Shown here piece after piece: positions 8,776 to 19,500 of a DNA stretch of 46,347 nucleotides. Within the stretch, counting starts at the first letter, position 1. Every line of letters begins with the position of its first letter. The stretch lies in IMG/VR virus record IMGVR_UViG_3300018081_000003. The stretch is one strand, 5' to 3'. The position numbers and the translations under genes were made by a program. The notes under the pieces are model-generated. The model made no database searches and was not told the DNA's origin. It saw only the letters and a program-made list of their open reading frames with translations. This DNA comes from a virus.

Positions 8776-11129
8776 TGGCTCCACTTAAATCAACAGTCAT
8801 CAGAGACTTCGGAGGTGGGTTAAATGTTGTTGACGATGAACTTAATTTGTCTTCATCATTTCAACCAGTGCTGGATAATATACATAGAGGCGTTGATAAC
8901 ACCCTTTCTGTTAGATGGGGCACGGAGTTATTCGTTGACCTCCGACGGGGAAGCGTATTAACCGGCTCTGCTGTATTTAGTATCGCATGGACTATAGGAC
9001 AGCGGTCGTTAGTATGTGATTATAATGCTCATGGCTTACAGAATGGGGATCATATTACGTTCGTGAATGGCTGGACTAATATGCTCGGTTTGAAGAGCGA
9101 GGAGATTATAGGGAAGACATTCGGTGTACGTATCGAGTCAGCGGATCGCTTCCACCTCGTTATGACGACTGCGGCTACTGTAACTGGTTTCGATAATGCA
9201 GCGAAGACAGTGACGAAGGATACACACTTCCTCGCTGGTGATATTGTTGAGCTTGTCTATTATGATGAACAACTCGTCGCTGTTGATAGTTTAGGTGAGA
9301 TAGTTAAAGTCAATGCGGCAATGCAGACTACGAAGATATGGGATCACTCTAAGGCATTCATTACTCCGGGTTCTGTAACTCCCGGACCAGGATGGAGTAA
9401 TATCGACTACGCATCATCGGCTATCTTTAAGGGTGAGTTGATTATCGTCAACGGTATCGATAAGCCGGTGATTATTAATTTCCAAAAGACACCTAACTGT
9501 ACGTATTTGGCTGATGCGGGTGCTGAGTATAGTACGGTAAACGTACCTGTATGTCGTTATGTGTGTGCTATTGATAAGTGGCTGATAATGGCAGGTGATC
9601 CATTGATGCCATATAAGGTACATATTAGCGCGACTAATAGTAGCGGTACATGGCAGAACCCGGCGGATGAAACTGATAACGATGGTGTGGCGATTGAGCT
9701 TAATAACACTAATAGCTCATCGGTATTCATCAGAGGGGTTAACAAGTTTAGAAACTTCCTTGCAGTAGCGTTCGACGATACGGTAGCGATGGTCGAACTT
9801 GGTATCTTTGACGGTACGCAGCATCGACCAGAAGTTACGGATAGTGTCGCAAGACATGGAGCTATTGCACATAAGAGCATGGTGTTTCTCGGTTTCGACT
9901 TGGTGATGGCTGATCCGATCGGTGTGCCGTCTTTTGCGAAATCACAGTTCGATAACTCTATTATACCATCTAGGATGAGTGAATTTATCGCACCGATGCT
10001 ACAGATGAATATATCGCGATTGACAGCGAAGACATTAGAGAGGGATATCTTCTCAGTCTACAGTACGCACGATAATCGCTACGTCTTATTTGTCCCTAAT
10101 CACGATGATGTAAAGGTACGTCTACCGAATGATCCCATCTATTATCTATTCGTAGATGTTGGTACTAATAGAGCGGTACTAAACACTCCTAATCACGGCA
10201 TGGTAGAAGGTGAGAAGTTCTCGCTATCAGGATTAACCGATACTAAGAGGTCGATACCCTCTGGTGATATACCTGCGGAATGTACAGTCGAAGCTGTGTT
10301 AAATGAGAACCTTATATCCTTCCGTCTCCTTAACATCATCGTTGAGCCTCTCAATTTCGGAGGCATTGCAGTAGATATCACACGTAAGAGGACAGAGACT
10401 ATTGCTTATGCTCTCACGTATAATAAAGGGCTGAAGATTAAGGCTTGGTCGCGCTATAGAGGATGGGACTTTAGAGCGGGTACCACATCACTATACGGTC
10501 GTGTCTTCTTAGCTGATAAAAGTCACATCTGGAGAATGGGTAATCGCTACGATCCCATTCACGCTGATTACATGGGCCTCTACGATCACATCTACGCTAA
10601 TAACACTACGTATACAGCAGGGACGAAGGTGCGAGATGTACTGACTAATGAAGTGTACACCGCACAGAAGACAAACACGACTTCGGTTGATGACTCGTTT
10701 GAAGTAGAGAGGGAAAGTTTCCCTGATAACTGGATCATTTATAAAGGCATGCCTATCAACTTCGACATTGAGTTCCCGTGGGCTGACTTCGATAAGAGAG
10801 ATATGACTAAACTGCTGAAAACTATAAACGTTGATGCTAAAGGAAGAGATCGGTTCACTGTTGAGATGTATCTTGATTACTATTATAAGCATAAGGTTAC
10901 AGGTGCGCGTACTCCTCTATTATCGATGGACATGGTTGGTGGTGATGAAGGTGGCTTCGGTGTCCATCAGCAATCACATGGTACTGGTCGCCTCGCCATT
11001 AGACAACGACCGATACCTTTTGAAGCACGAGGGAAATTGTTTAAGTTTCGTATCTTCGGTTCGACTATAGAGCCTCTCCGTTTCATCGCGTTCATCTTCG
11101 GTTACAAAATAGTGGGAAGAGATCGATGA
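8760..11129 (+). CDS. tail tubular B / nozzle-sized protein (putative)
   Basis: 789 aa. An alternative start at ATG 8775 gives a TAATG overlap. Size and position match T7 gp12 (about 794 aa). Synteny argument only. Confidence 0.5.
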   Translation: MDDLVMAPLKSTVIRDFGGGLNVVDDELNLSSSFQPVLDNIHRGVDNTLSVRWGTELFVDLRRGSVLTGSAVFSIAWTIGQRSLVCDYNAHGLQNGDHITFVNGWTNMLGLKSEEIIGKTFGVRIESADRFHLVMTTAATVTGFDNAAKTVTKDTHFLAGDIVELVYYDEQLVAVDSLGEIVKVNAAMQTTKIWDHSKAFITPGSVTPGPGWSNIDYASSAIFKGELIIVNGIDKPVIINFQKTPNCTYLADAGAEYSTVNVPVCRYVCAIDKWLIMAGDPLMPYKVHISATNSSGTWQNPADETDNDGVAIELNNTNSSSVFIRGVNKFRNFLAVAFDDTVAMVELGIFDGTQHRPEVTDSVARHGAIAHKSMVFLGFDLVMADPIGVPSFAKSQFDNSIIPSRMSEFIAPMLQMNISRLTAKTLERDIFSVYSTHDNRYVLFVPNHDDVKVRLPNDPIYYLFVDVGTNRAVLNTPNHGMVEGEKFSLSGLTDTKRSIPSGDIPAECTVEAVLNENLISFRLLNIIVEPLNFGGIAVDITRKRTETIAYALTYNKGLKIKAWSRYRGWDFRAGTTSLYGRVFLADKSHIWRMGNRYDPIHADYMGLYDHIYANNTTYTAGTKVRDVLTNEVYTAQKTNTTSVDDSFEVERESFPDNWIIYKGMPINFDIEFPWADFDKRDMTKLLKTINVDAKGRDRFTVEMYLDYYYKHKVTGARTPLLSMDMVGGDEGGFGVHQQSHGTGRLAIRQRPIPFEARGKLFKFRIFGSTIEPLRFIAFIFGYKIVGRDR

Positions 11130-13417
11130 GCATCGGACCAGTTAAAGAGTACACGACGTACTTTGATCTTGAAGTACCCACGTTCGACTTTCCAGCGTGG
11201 CATACGTACTACGAACGCAATCTGAAGACTATCGATGGCATTATGTATCTAATGTCAGGATCGAATAGTCTTAAAGGTGTGTGGAAGAATAGCGTCGAAT
11301 ATGAAGTGGGTGATCGCACGGTTGATATCGACGGTGCGGAGGCTTACGAGTGCTTCGTTGGACATATAAGTCCTCCTGCACCGATGACGTTTGCTGAACA
11401 TCGTCTCCTGTATCCTACGTATTGGATGGGTGTTGACTTCATTCAATCATTGATGGGTACGTCTGATAGTGCTGTAACGGTTGGCACGGGGACGAAGGTA
11501 TTTGGTACGCAATCAGGCAGAGTGTTTGCTCCAGGTGCGAAGGTCACTATCGCAAGTAGTGCTAATCCTACCGTTGATTGGATGTGGGGTGCTGTTAGTG
11601 ATTATACGGGATCAATATTGACAGTCGAAGTCGAAGTTGTTGGTGGTAGCGGTACACATGAAGATTGGTGGATCGCTGTTAGTGGAATTGAAGGACCAGT
11701 TGGACCGATTGGACCGATGGGTATTCAAGGTCCGCAAGGCATACAGGGCGATCAAGGCATTCCGGGACCTACAGGACCACAAGGTATCATTCCCGAACCA
11801 CCGACCGGCGGAGCGATCTACGGACGGCAAAACAACGCGGGTACTGGAGCGTGGCAACTCGTTACTGCTACTGCTGCATCTACTCTTCCCACTACACCAG
11901 CGGGAGGTCTATCTTCAACAAACGTTCAAGCAGCACTTAACGAATTGGATACTGAGAAAGTTGCTAAAGCTGGTGGTGCTGCTGCGGTGATGACAGGTGT
12001 GCTTACATTGCCTGCCGCTAATCCAACTGTCGCTACAGATGCAGCACATAAGGGATATGTTGATACTCAGATTGGTACAATTAGTGCAACACTTACTACC
12101 AAAGCTGATAAGACGTATGTTGATAATCAACTTACAACAAAAGTTAATCTTGCTGGCGATACGATGGTGGGAGCACTTAACTTTAATGGCCCGAGTCATT
12201 GGGCATTTGGTGGAGTGGGTGCTGGTAGTTGGTTTAGTACGCCGGGAGCGGTTGATAGGTTCTTTGTAGGCACAGAGCCAGCGACCGATAACTTTCGACT
12301 GTATTCGATAGCAGCAGGTAATATTTTAACTCTTGCTGGTGCGAATGGAGATGCAACATTTGCGCATGATATTATTGCTAATGGTAATTTAAGAACATCA
12401 GGATCGGTTGCTATCGGTCAAGGTGTTACGTCTGGTCTGTATGGCGATGGTTCTGCATTAGCACTTAGAGCGTATGGTGCTGGTCCTATTTACTTACAAC
12501 AAGCTAACGGTGCTGCTCACTATGCACTCTTCGGTAATGGGTCATCGAGGATATATGGGACATTAAATGTAGATAATACCCTAACATGTTCATGGGATGT
12601 CGTAGCTACTCAAGCTTTATGGGCACATAACGGCTTTGTGTTCCTCTCTGCTGCTGGTCATTATCTACGTTGGGATGGTGGTAGTTATCAATTCCCACAT
12701 GGTCACTTGTACTCACCGGCTGGACGTTTGTACGGTACGAATGATTTCAACTTTAGTAACTTCATTCAGAATGGAGCAACACCAACCTTCTACGCGATTG
12801 AAGGTGCGTATTATATTGACATGAAGTATCCGGGTCATGAAGCGGAGGATTTCTGTGCGCGTATTATAGTTGGATCAGATCATGTTTTATCTTTTGAGTC
12901 TCCATCAGTTAGAACTAATACTGAGTTCTCTGCTCCGACAATGTGGACTAGTTTAGGTTATCGGTGTAATACTGGTGGGAATTACGGAGCGTATGTCTTC
13001 GCTATCAATTGGCCGGGTGGTGGCTTCTATATTAACGGTACGTATGTCGGAGCTATTGCCGTCAGTGATTATCGTGCGAAGAAGGATGTTCGTCCACTCC
13101 CATCGATGTGGGATCGTGTGAAGGCGCTTAAACCTGTCAGCTACCAACACCGAGATTACACACCGTCTCATCTGACAGACACAGCGAAGAACACAGGGAA
13201 GCCGTTTGTCGAAGCTGATGGTATTGAGCGATGGGGCTTTGCTGCACATGAGTTACAGGATACACTGGTTGAAGGTGCAGCGACAGGACGTAAGGATCAG
13301 GTTAAAGTATTACAATCACCAAATCCAATGGTGGTTATTGCTGCTCTCACTAAGGCATTACAAGAAGCAATGGAACGTATTGAAACACTAGAGGCCGCAT
13401 ATGCAGATGCAAACTGA
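11126..13417 (+). CDS. tail fibre/spike with collagen-like repeat and C-terminal S74 intramolecular chaperone domain
   Basis: ATGA overlap with the upstream gene. Ten G-X-Y triplets (GPVGPIGPMGIQGPQGIQGDQGIPGPTGPQG). C-terminal SDYRAKKDVRPL...VSYQ...WGFAAHELQ...ETLEA matches the S74 self-cleaving chaperone pattern. Confidence 0.85.
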   Translation: MSIGPVKEYTTYFDLEVPTFDFPAWHTYYERNLKTIDGIMYLMSGSNSLKGVWKNSVEYEVGDRTVDIDGAEAYECFVGHISPPAPMTFAEHRLLYPTYWMGVDFIQSLMGTSDSAVTVGTGTKVFGTQSGRVFAPGAKVTIASSANPTVDWMWGAVSDYTGSILTVEVEVVGGSGTHEDWWIAVSGIEGPVGPIGPMGIQGPQGIQGDQGIPGPTGPQGIIPEPPTGGAIYGRQNNAGTGAWQLVTATAASTLPTTPAGGLSSTNVQAALNELDTEKVAKAGGAAAVMTGVLTLPAANPTVATDAAHKGYVDTQIGTISATLTTKADKTYVDNQLTTKVNLAGDTMVGALNFNGPSHWAFGGVGAGSWFSTPGAVDRFFVGTEPATDNFRLYSIAAGNILTLAGANGDATFAHDIIANGNLRTSGSVAIGQGVTSGLYGDGSALALRAYGAGPIYLQQANGAAHYALFGNGSSRIYGTLNVDNTLTCSWDVVATQALWAHNGFVFLSAAGHYLRWDGGSYQFPHGHLYSPAGRLYGTNDFNFSNFIQNGATPTFYAIEGAYYIDMKYPGHEAEDFCARIIVGSDHVLSFESPSVRTNTEFSAPTMWTSLGYRCNTGGNYGAYVFAINWPGGGFYINGTYVGAIAVSDYRAKKDVRPLPSMWDRVKALKPVSYQHRDYTPSHLTDTAKNTGKPFVEADGIERWGFAAHELQDTLVEGAATGRKDQVKVLQSPNPMVVIAALTKALQEAMERIETLEAAYADAN

Positions 13418-13988
13418 GACCACGACGATCACACATAGACAACGACGACTTGAGCGACTTAAGAGAGCAGGGTCGTGGTATGATATAAGAGAGATGCTGA
13501 CTAAAGATGACTTATACGTATTAGAGCCTCTCTTCAAAAAGGCGCATCAGGAACTTCAACCGCATCTCGACTTTTCAATGGATGCGATACTCCGTCATGC
13601 AACGTATAAGATGGCCGATCCTGAGAGGATGACGTATAATGGATGGGCCGCCTATCGTGAAGGTGAGCCAGTCGGTTTCTTTATCGGTTCGCTGTCATCT
13701 TTCTTTATGTCTACGGATAAGATGGCAGTCAGTAACGTATGGTATGTAGACAAACCCTACAGAGGAAGCCCTGTAGCCTTCCTGCTGGTTAAACAGTTCC
13801 TACAATGGGGAGCTGTCCGTGGATGTGTTCGATTTGTTATCGACATAATCAAAGACAAACACTCCGACAAGCAAGTTCGACTATTCGCTAAGATGTCACA
13901 AAAGCTCGGCTTCAGAGAGGCGGGCGTCTACTTTGTAAAGGATACGAACAATGCTGCCAGCATGGATGATCGATCAAGTTCGACGTAA
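13401..13988 (+). CDS. GNAT-family acetyltransferase-like protein
   Basis: 195 aa. The pattern VWYVDKPYRGSPVAFLLVKQFLQWGAVRG ... KLGFREAG resembles GNAT motif A (acetyl-CoA binding) and a C-terminal beta strand. Confidence 0.5.
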   Translation: MQMQTETTTITHRQRRLERLKRAGSWYDIREMLTKDDLYVLEPLFKKAHQELQPHLDFSMDAILRHATYKMADPERMTYNGWAAYREGEPVGFFIGSLSSFFMSTDKMAVSNVWYVDKPYRGSPVAFLLVKQFLQWGAVRGCVRFVIDIIKDKHSDKQVRLFAKMSQKLGFREAGVYFVKDTNNAASMDDRSSST

Positions 13989-15045
13989 GAGTGATGAACA
14001 ATCGGAGAGACATATCGGAGACGAAGACACGACGTTTAATAGAGATACTCCTCGTCCTGATAATAGTGATATTAGCGATGACGATAGTGATGTTCTAAAC
14101 TGTGGAGGTAATGCACCTTCACCGCCTCCTGCTCCCGATCCGATGGCAGAGGCACGGGCACAACAGCAACTCGAAGATCATCGTAATGAGATTGCTGAGA
14201 CTAATCGCATCGCGGAGGAGAAACGTGCTGCGGAGAAACTTGTCAAGGATACCGCAGACTTTCAAGGTCGTGTCGGTGGAGCAAAAGCTCTCGCGAAAGA
14301 CTATGGTAGCAGTAAACTACGCACGATGGGCATTGATGATAACTACGGCATCATGTCCGCGTATGAGAATGCACTGAATAAAGCTCAAGGGAATATCCCT
14401 AATCTCGATCCGTCTCCAGGTACGTACTTCGGTTCGGACCTTTGGGAGAATACCGTAGGCGACATACGCACACAGAACCGCAATAAGATCACTCGCGGTT
14501 ATGAGAGTGAGGTTCCGGTTGGTTTCGAGTCCACGTATATACCAGATACCGCTGATGACCAGCTTATACAATCGATCATCAACGAACAGTTCGGTGAGGC
14601 GAATGAGTATATCGATAGAGCTAAAGCGCGAGGTACGTTGAATGATGTTGGTTATGGTACAGCTTCGCGCGCACTAGGACAGCAGAAAGCTGGTGCGTTC
14701 GAACGTGCTAATCAACAGGGCCTTGGTGTTCTGGAGACTGGCAGACAGTCACTTAAGGATATCGACAAACAGGCACGTCAAGGACTAACGAATTGGGACT
14801 TCGGGGATCAATACGATCCATCTGCGTGGACTGGTAAGATCAAATCTGGTGCAGCAGCGTTTACTGGTGGACTAGAAGGTAAGTTGCGTAACGCATTCGG
14901 TAGCACTGAGTTCTTCGATCCTGAAGCACTGATTGCTAAGGGTGGTAAAACACAGGGAGCGGTTAATCCCGGTGCGACTGCGTTACAAGATGCAATGTCA
15001 GAAGAGGAACGTCGCCGCACTGCTGGTTCCGTTGGAGCGTTCTAA
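13951..15045 (+). CDS. internal virion protein (putative)
   Basis: 364 aa with an acidic/Pro-rich N-terminus followed by a helical Q/A/K-rich body. Lies in the block between the fibre and the giant protein. Alternative start at ATG 13966. Confidence 0.55.
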   Translation: MLPAWMIDQVRRKSDEQSERHIGDEDTTFNRDTPRPDNSDISDDDSDVLNCGGNAPSPPPAPDPMAEARAQQQLEDHRNEIAETNRIAEEKRAAEKLVKDTADFQGRVGGAKALAKDYGSSKLRTMGIDDNYGIMSAYENALNKAQGNIPNLDPSPGTYFGSDLWENTVGDIRTQNRNKITRGYESEVPVGFESTYIPDTADDQLIQSIINEQFGEANEYIDRAKARGTLNDVGYGTASRALGQQKAGAFERANQQGLGVLETGRQSLKDIDKQARQGLTNWDFGDQYDPSAWTGKIKSGAAAFTGGLEGKLRNAFGSTEFFDPEALIAKGGKTQGAVNPGATALQDAMSEEERRRTAGSVGAF

Positions 15046-15066
15046 TTCCTTATACGTATAAAGGAA
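15046..15066. promoter_or_regulatory. palindromic-box copy within an imperfect hairpin (TTCCTTATACGTATAAAGGAA)
   Basis: Perfect 12-bp core TTATACGTATAA at 15050..15061, located 13 nt upstream of ATG 15074. Confidence 0.6.
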
Positions 15067-15073
15067 CGCAAGG

Positions 15074-16081
15074 ATGGAAATGATGGGCGGAGCATTAGGC
15101 GCAGTCGGTAGCATTGCCGGTGCATTCATACAAGCCGACGCTCAGAAGTATGCGGCTAATACGAACTACTCTATCGCGTTGATGAACTACTATCAGCGCG
15201 AGAGAGAACGCACGCAGGCACGTCTAGAAGCACAAAGGATCGAACGTAAACAAGACCTCGGTATGACGGATATCGAGGGGACTAAGACCGCATTTACACC
15301 GGGACTTGGTTGGAGAACTACACCGACAGCGCAAAAACAGGCGCTGATGAATAGAGAACAAGCTGAGAAGATGGCTCAGTTTGGCGATACTGCTATGAAG
15401 CGTCGCCAGATACAAGCCAATGTCGGTCAGCAAGCTCAAGAACGTGATAAAGCACGCGCTCTATTCGATGAGATGAGCCGAACGTCTACTCCGGGTGCAG
15501 GGGAGATAGAACGTATTCTACTCGGCGCTCAAGGAACGGCTAGTAATCGTGCGTTCGATGATACTCTTAAAATAGGCGCACGTCAGTCAATGCGGACGGG
15601 TGCTAATCCCTCTAAACTATTAAGTGAGATTGGTAGAGCACGCGCACAAGAACAAGGTAGCATGGCGGGACAGGCGAGGCTTCAAGGATTGCAAATGGCT
15701 CCGCAACTTGAAGATCAAGATATGAAGATGAAGGCTAATCTGTATAACTTGTTTGCTACTAGAGCTAGTGCGATGCCAGATGTCAGCTTCTCACCAACAC
15801 CGATCGATAGTGGTGCGGCTGCTGGTGCGATGAAGGGTTCTCAAGGCAGTGGTGAGTTGGCTGTTAAAGCTGCGATGATGGAAGGTGGACGGATGCCGTT
15901 CGTACCTCCCATGTATGGAATGGCTAATGCTGTTGGTGCTACTGGTATGGCTCTACAAGGATTAACGAAGAACGCACAGCCCATGTTTAACGAGGGTGGT
16001 GGTGGATATAGTCTTTGGGGAGCTATGAACGATGACCAACGGTTACGTGGTGGCAGTGGCTCATTTGCAGGAGCGCCATAA
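15074..16081 (+). CDS. internal virion protein (putative)
   Basis: 335 aa. AAGGA abuts ATG 15074, so ATG 15080 is also possible. Gly/Ala/Met-rich ends and a Q/R-rich helical centre. Confidence 0.55.
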   Translation: MEMMGGALGAVGSIAGAFIQADAQKYAANTNYSIALMNYYQRERERTQARLEAQRIERKQDLGMTDIEGTKTAFTPGLGWRTTPTAQKQALMNREQAEKMAQFGDTAMKRRQIQANVGQQAQERDKARALFDEMSRTSTPGAGEIERILLGAQGTASNRAFDDTLKIGARQSMRTGANPSKLLSEIGRARAQEQGSMAGQARLQGLQMAPQLEDQDMKMKANLYNLFATRASAMPDVSFSPTPIDSGAAAGAMKGSQGSGELAVKAAMMEGGRMPFVPPMYGMANAVGATGMALQGLTKNAQPMFNEGGGGYSLWGAMNDDQRLRGGSGSFAGAP

Positions 16082-16587
16082 TGGCTGATAGTTCATTCGA
16101 TCCTCTCGCACTCGTTAAAGCGATGGGTCCACAGGCTGACCCGACTGAGTGGGCGAAACTGTATTATCAAGATGCAGCTAAAGGTCAGCAATTGAGAGAG
16201 GAGATTAAGAACCGTCTCCTCTTACATGAAAGCGATCAGAAGGCTCGTGAACGTGAAGGTGCTGCTAATCGTGCATCACATGAAGGTATTGCCGAAAAGA
16301 ACCGTGGTGTGCAGAGGGAGAGGATTACACAAGCTGGTCAAAACTTTAAGGATCGATTAGCTGCTATTAGTAAGGATATTATATGGCCGAAGGGAACACT
16401 ATCTGAAAGGGAAGCAGAGAATGCAGCCATCCTTAAACCTGGTGAGGATATCGGCAAGACACATCAGAGAATAACTCTTCACGGTATTACAAAGGTCGTA
16501 CCGCTTGGACAGATGCCTATACGTCCTGCATCTTCCCGTGCTCCTGAGAGTATTCCAATTACACCGGGAGTTGATCCATATGATTGA
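16081..16587 (+). CDS. hypothetical virion-module protein (168 aa)
   Basis: TAATG overlap with the upstream stop. Charged helical sequence. Confidence 0.6.
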   Translation: MADSSFDPLALVKAMGPQADPTEWAKLYYQDAAKGQQLREEIKNRLLLHESDQKAREREGAANRASHEGIAEKNRGVQRERITQAGQNFKDRLAAISKDIIWPKGTLSEREAENAAILKPGEDIGKTHQRITLHGITKVVPLGQMPIRPASSRAPESIPITPGVDPYD

Positions 16588-16592
16588 TAATC

Positions 16593-19500
16593 ATGGCTGA
16601 AAAGAAAATCATCTACGACAAAGAAGGTAAAGATACGGGTGAAGTTGAAGGCCCCGATCCCGGTTGGGGTAAGTTCATGCTTCGGCAAGGTGCTATTGGC
16701 CTTGCAGATACACCCGGATCATTTGCAGGCTTGTACGGATTAGGCCGTGCAGGTGCGGAGTATCTATGGGATCGACGGTTCGCTGATACTGAGCATAAGC
16801 CAAAGGATTTCGCGCAGACATTACTCGATCCTGATGGTGGTGAGGAGAAACTTAATAAGTATAACCAACAAGTGATTGAACACATTCAACGAACGAGTCC
16901 AAATTACACACCTGAGGAAGTGAATAAACGGTTTGAACATATACAGAAGCACTCTAAGAAATACTATGAAGACACCACGCCGTTCTACAGACAGGGAATG
17001 GCTTTCGCTCGTAAATGGGGACAAGGAACGAATGAGTTCTTTGGTGATCCCCGTTTACCCGGTGAGAAGACACAAGCCGATACACTGATGAACATTGCTG
17101 GAGGGGCGGTTATACCTGTACCCGGTGAACAGGTGCTTGGTCCTATTGTTAGCGGCGTTGGTAAAGTTGCGGGTAAGACAGCAGGGAAGATCGCATCAAA
17201 TGTCGCAGAGTTCACAACCCCAGTTACCTTTCTCCCCGCAGGAACTACAACAGGAGGAGCGATTGCTAGAGTGGGAGCAAACATTGCAATCCCAGAAGCA
17301 ATCGATCAAGGAGTTAGGGCGTATAAAGGTGATCCTTCCGTTGTCGTCGATACAGTTGAAGCAGCTAAGAACCTCTATACAGGACAGGCGAGGAAAGAGG
17401 CGCTAACTGATGCTGCTAAGGAGGAGATTGTAAATAAACTTAAGGATGATGGATCAGAGACGGCTAAAACTGTAGGAGCGGCTGGGTTTTTCGCGACACT
17501 ATTAGGTGCGCGTCGTCTTCGTAACATACCATCAGGAGGACCGACAACGCAGGCAATGACTGAGGCTGCGTATCCTATTGCCAGTAAGTTTAAGATGGGT
17601 GCAGCTAACGCCGGGAGTGACGTCGAAGCATTCAGAGTGATGGGGAAGCATCAAGGTCTTCAGGATGATGAACTTGAAGCCTTCATGACTAATATGCGGA
17701 TGAATGCGGGTGGTAACGCTGCCGCAGATCATCGCATCTGGTACACACAGAAAGTCGAACCACTCTTTGAACGGTTTGTAAGAGAAGACCCCACATTTCA
17801 GCAGAAGTTTGTTCAGCACTCTATAGATGCAGACCGCATTCGTGGTGATGTGGATGCTCTATCTAAATCGAATGATCTATTAATGGAGGCACAGGCAGCG
17901 TTACAGAAAGCTACTGGTCCTAAGAGCCGTAGCACACCACAACGTATTCAAGAACTCACTGATGAAGTTAACATTCGTCAACTGGAGCATCAAGCTCGTA
18001 TTCAGGATACTGATCCTAATCTCCGTTATTCGATGATGAATGAGGATCGTGCTACTGTAGCAGCGCGACTTGCTCAATCTCGACAAGACCCACGCATTAG
18101 AACATTAGATCGACAGTTTCACCGTCTCTATGATGATCCGTTTGATTATGCCGCTAGTGAAGGTGCGATGAGCTTGGCAGAAAGTCAACGGATGAAGCTG
18201 TCAACTCGTCAAGGGAACTATCACCTCACTGAAAATCCGATGGCGCAGAAGAACTGGTTCCAACGTGTGGGGACCAGAGTTATGCAGAACACAGAGGGGC
18301 ATATTCTCAACTCTAATCCCGAAGCTGTTCTCGGTCTATATAGAATGGCTAATCGCGCTATTACTCGTAAGGGTTATAAGACACCTGACGAGAAGGCTAT
18401 ATACACAAATCCTGGGGTTAATGACGTACCGCATCCACGTACTAATAACCCTCTTAATCCGTGGGCAGAGCTTCGCCATGTAGACCTACGTGTACGTCAG
18501 GCTGTTGCACATAACAATGCGAGACGTGATTATACGAATATGGTTCTCGGTTCGCGTAACTATAATCCGAAGCAGATGGAGATCGTTGAAAAGTTCACGG
18601 AGAAAGAGCTAAGTAAAACTGCTAATATGAAGTGGATACAAGAGAAGGTAACTAAGAATAACGGACCTGATTATTACTACACCTATCGTACTGATAATGG
18701 ATCGCTATACGTAGTGCGTCATAATGAGAAGGCTATCCACGAAGCATTGAAGTTCGCTCCTGCTGCTGTCGTGCCTATTATGAACCAAGCACGTAAGACA
18801 GTACAGGCATTCATCACTGGCATGTTTAACCCCGACTTCATCCGTACTGTCAGCGTACCTATCGATATTATTATTGGTGGTCTATTCCGTCATGAGAACA
18901 TTTCATACGGACCTATTAGCCGTCTCGCAGCTAAGTCATTCGGTATAGGTCATCCACTCACGCGCATCCTCAGTGCAATGGGTGCGGGAATTGATATACC
19001 GTATAACATGTTTCTAGCGATGCCTGCTACTACGGCACGTGCGTTGTTAACAGAGGCATTCCTCGGTCAACTTGCTAAGAAGTGGGAAGCTGATCTAGCA
19101 ATGAATGGGGGTACTGTTAGTGCAATTGCTAATCTCGTAGGAGGTAGACAGGCATTATTAGCAGCTACTACGGCTATGTCTAAAGCCTATGATGCTACGT
19201 ATAACAACCTCATTAAACAGGCGAAGGTTGGTCACGTCTCTAGTCGTAGTGATGACGTACTAGCGCGAATGAATGATGTAAATGCCATTGTTAAGAAGCG
19301 TCCGATCCTCCAGTCATTCGGCAACTTCTATCTCGACATGCTCAACGTCATGGCAGACGTTCCTAAGATGATGGCATATTCACAGAACACTAAACTGTGG
19401 AATAAGGAGGTTGCCAAGGCGAGACAGCAGGCAGTGTTTATGAATGAGAAGTTCATCGCAGATCAGGCAGCTATGATCGGTGGTGATATGAGGCGTATTA

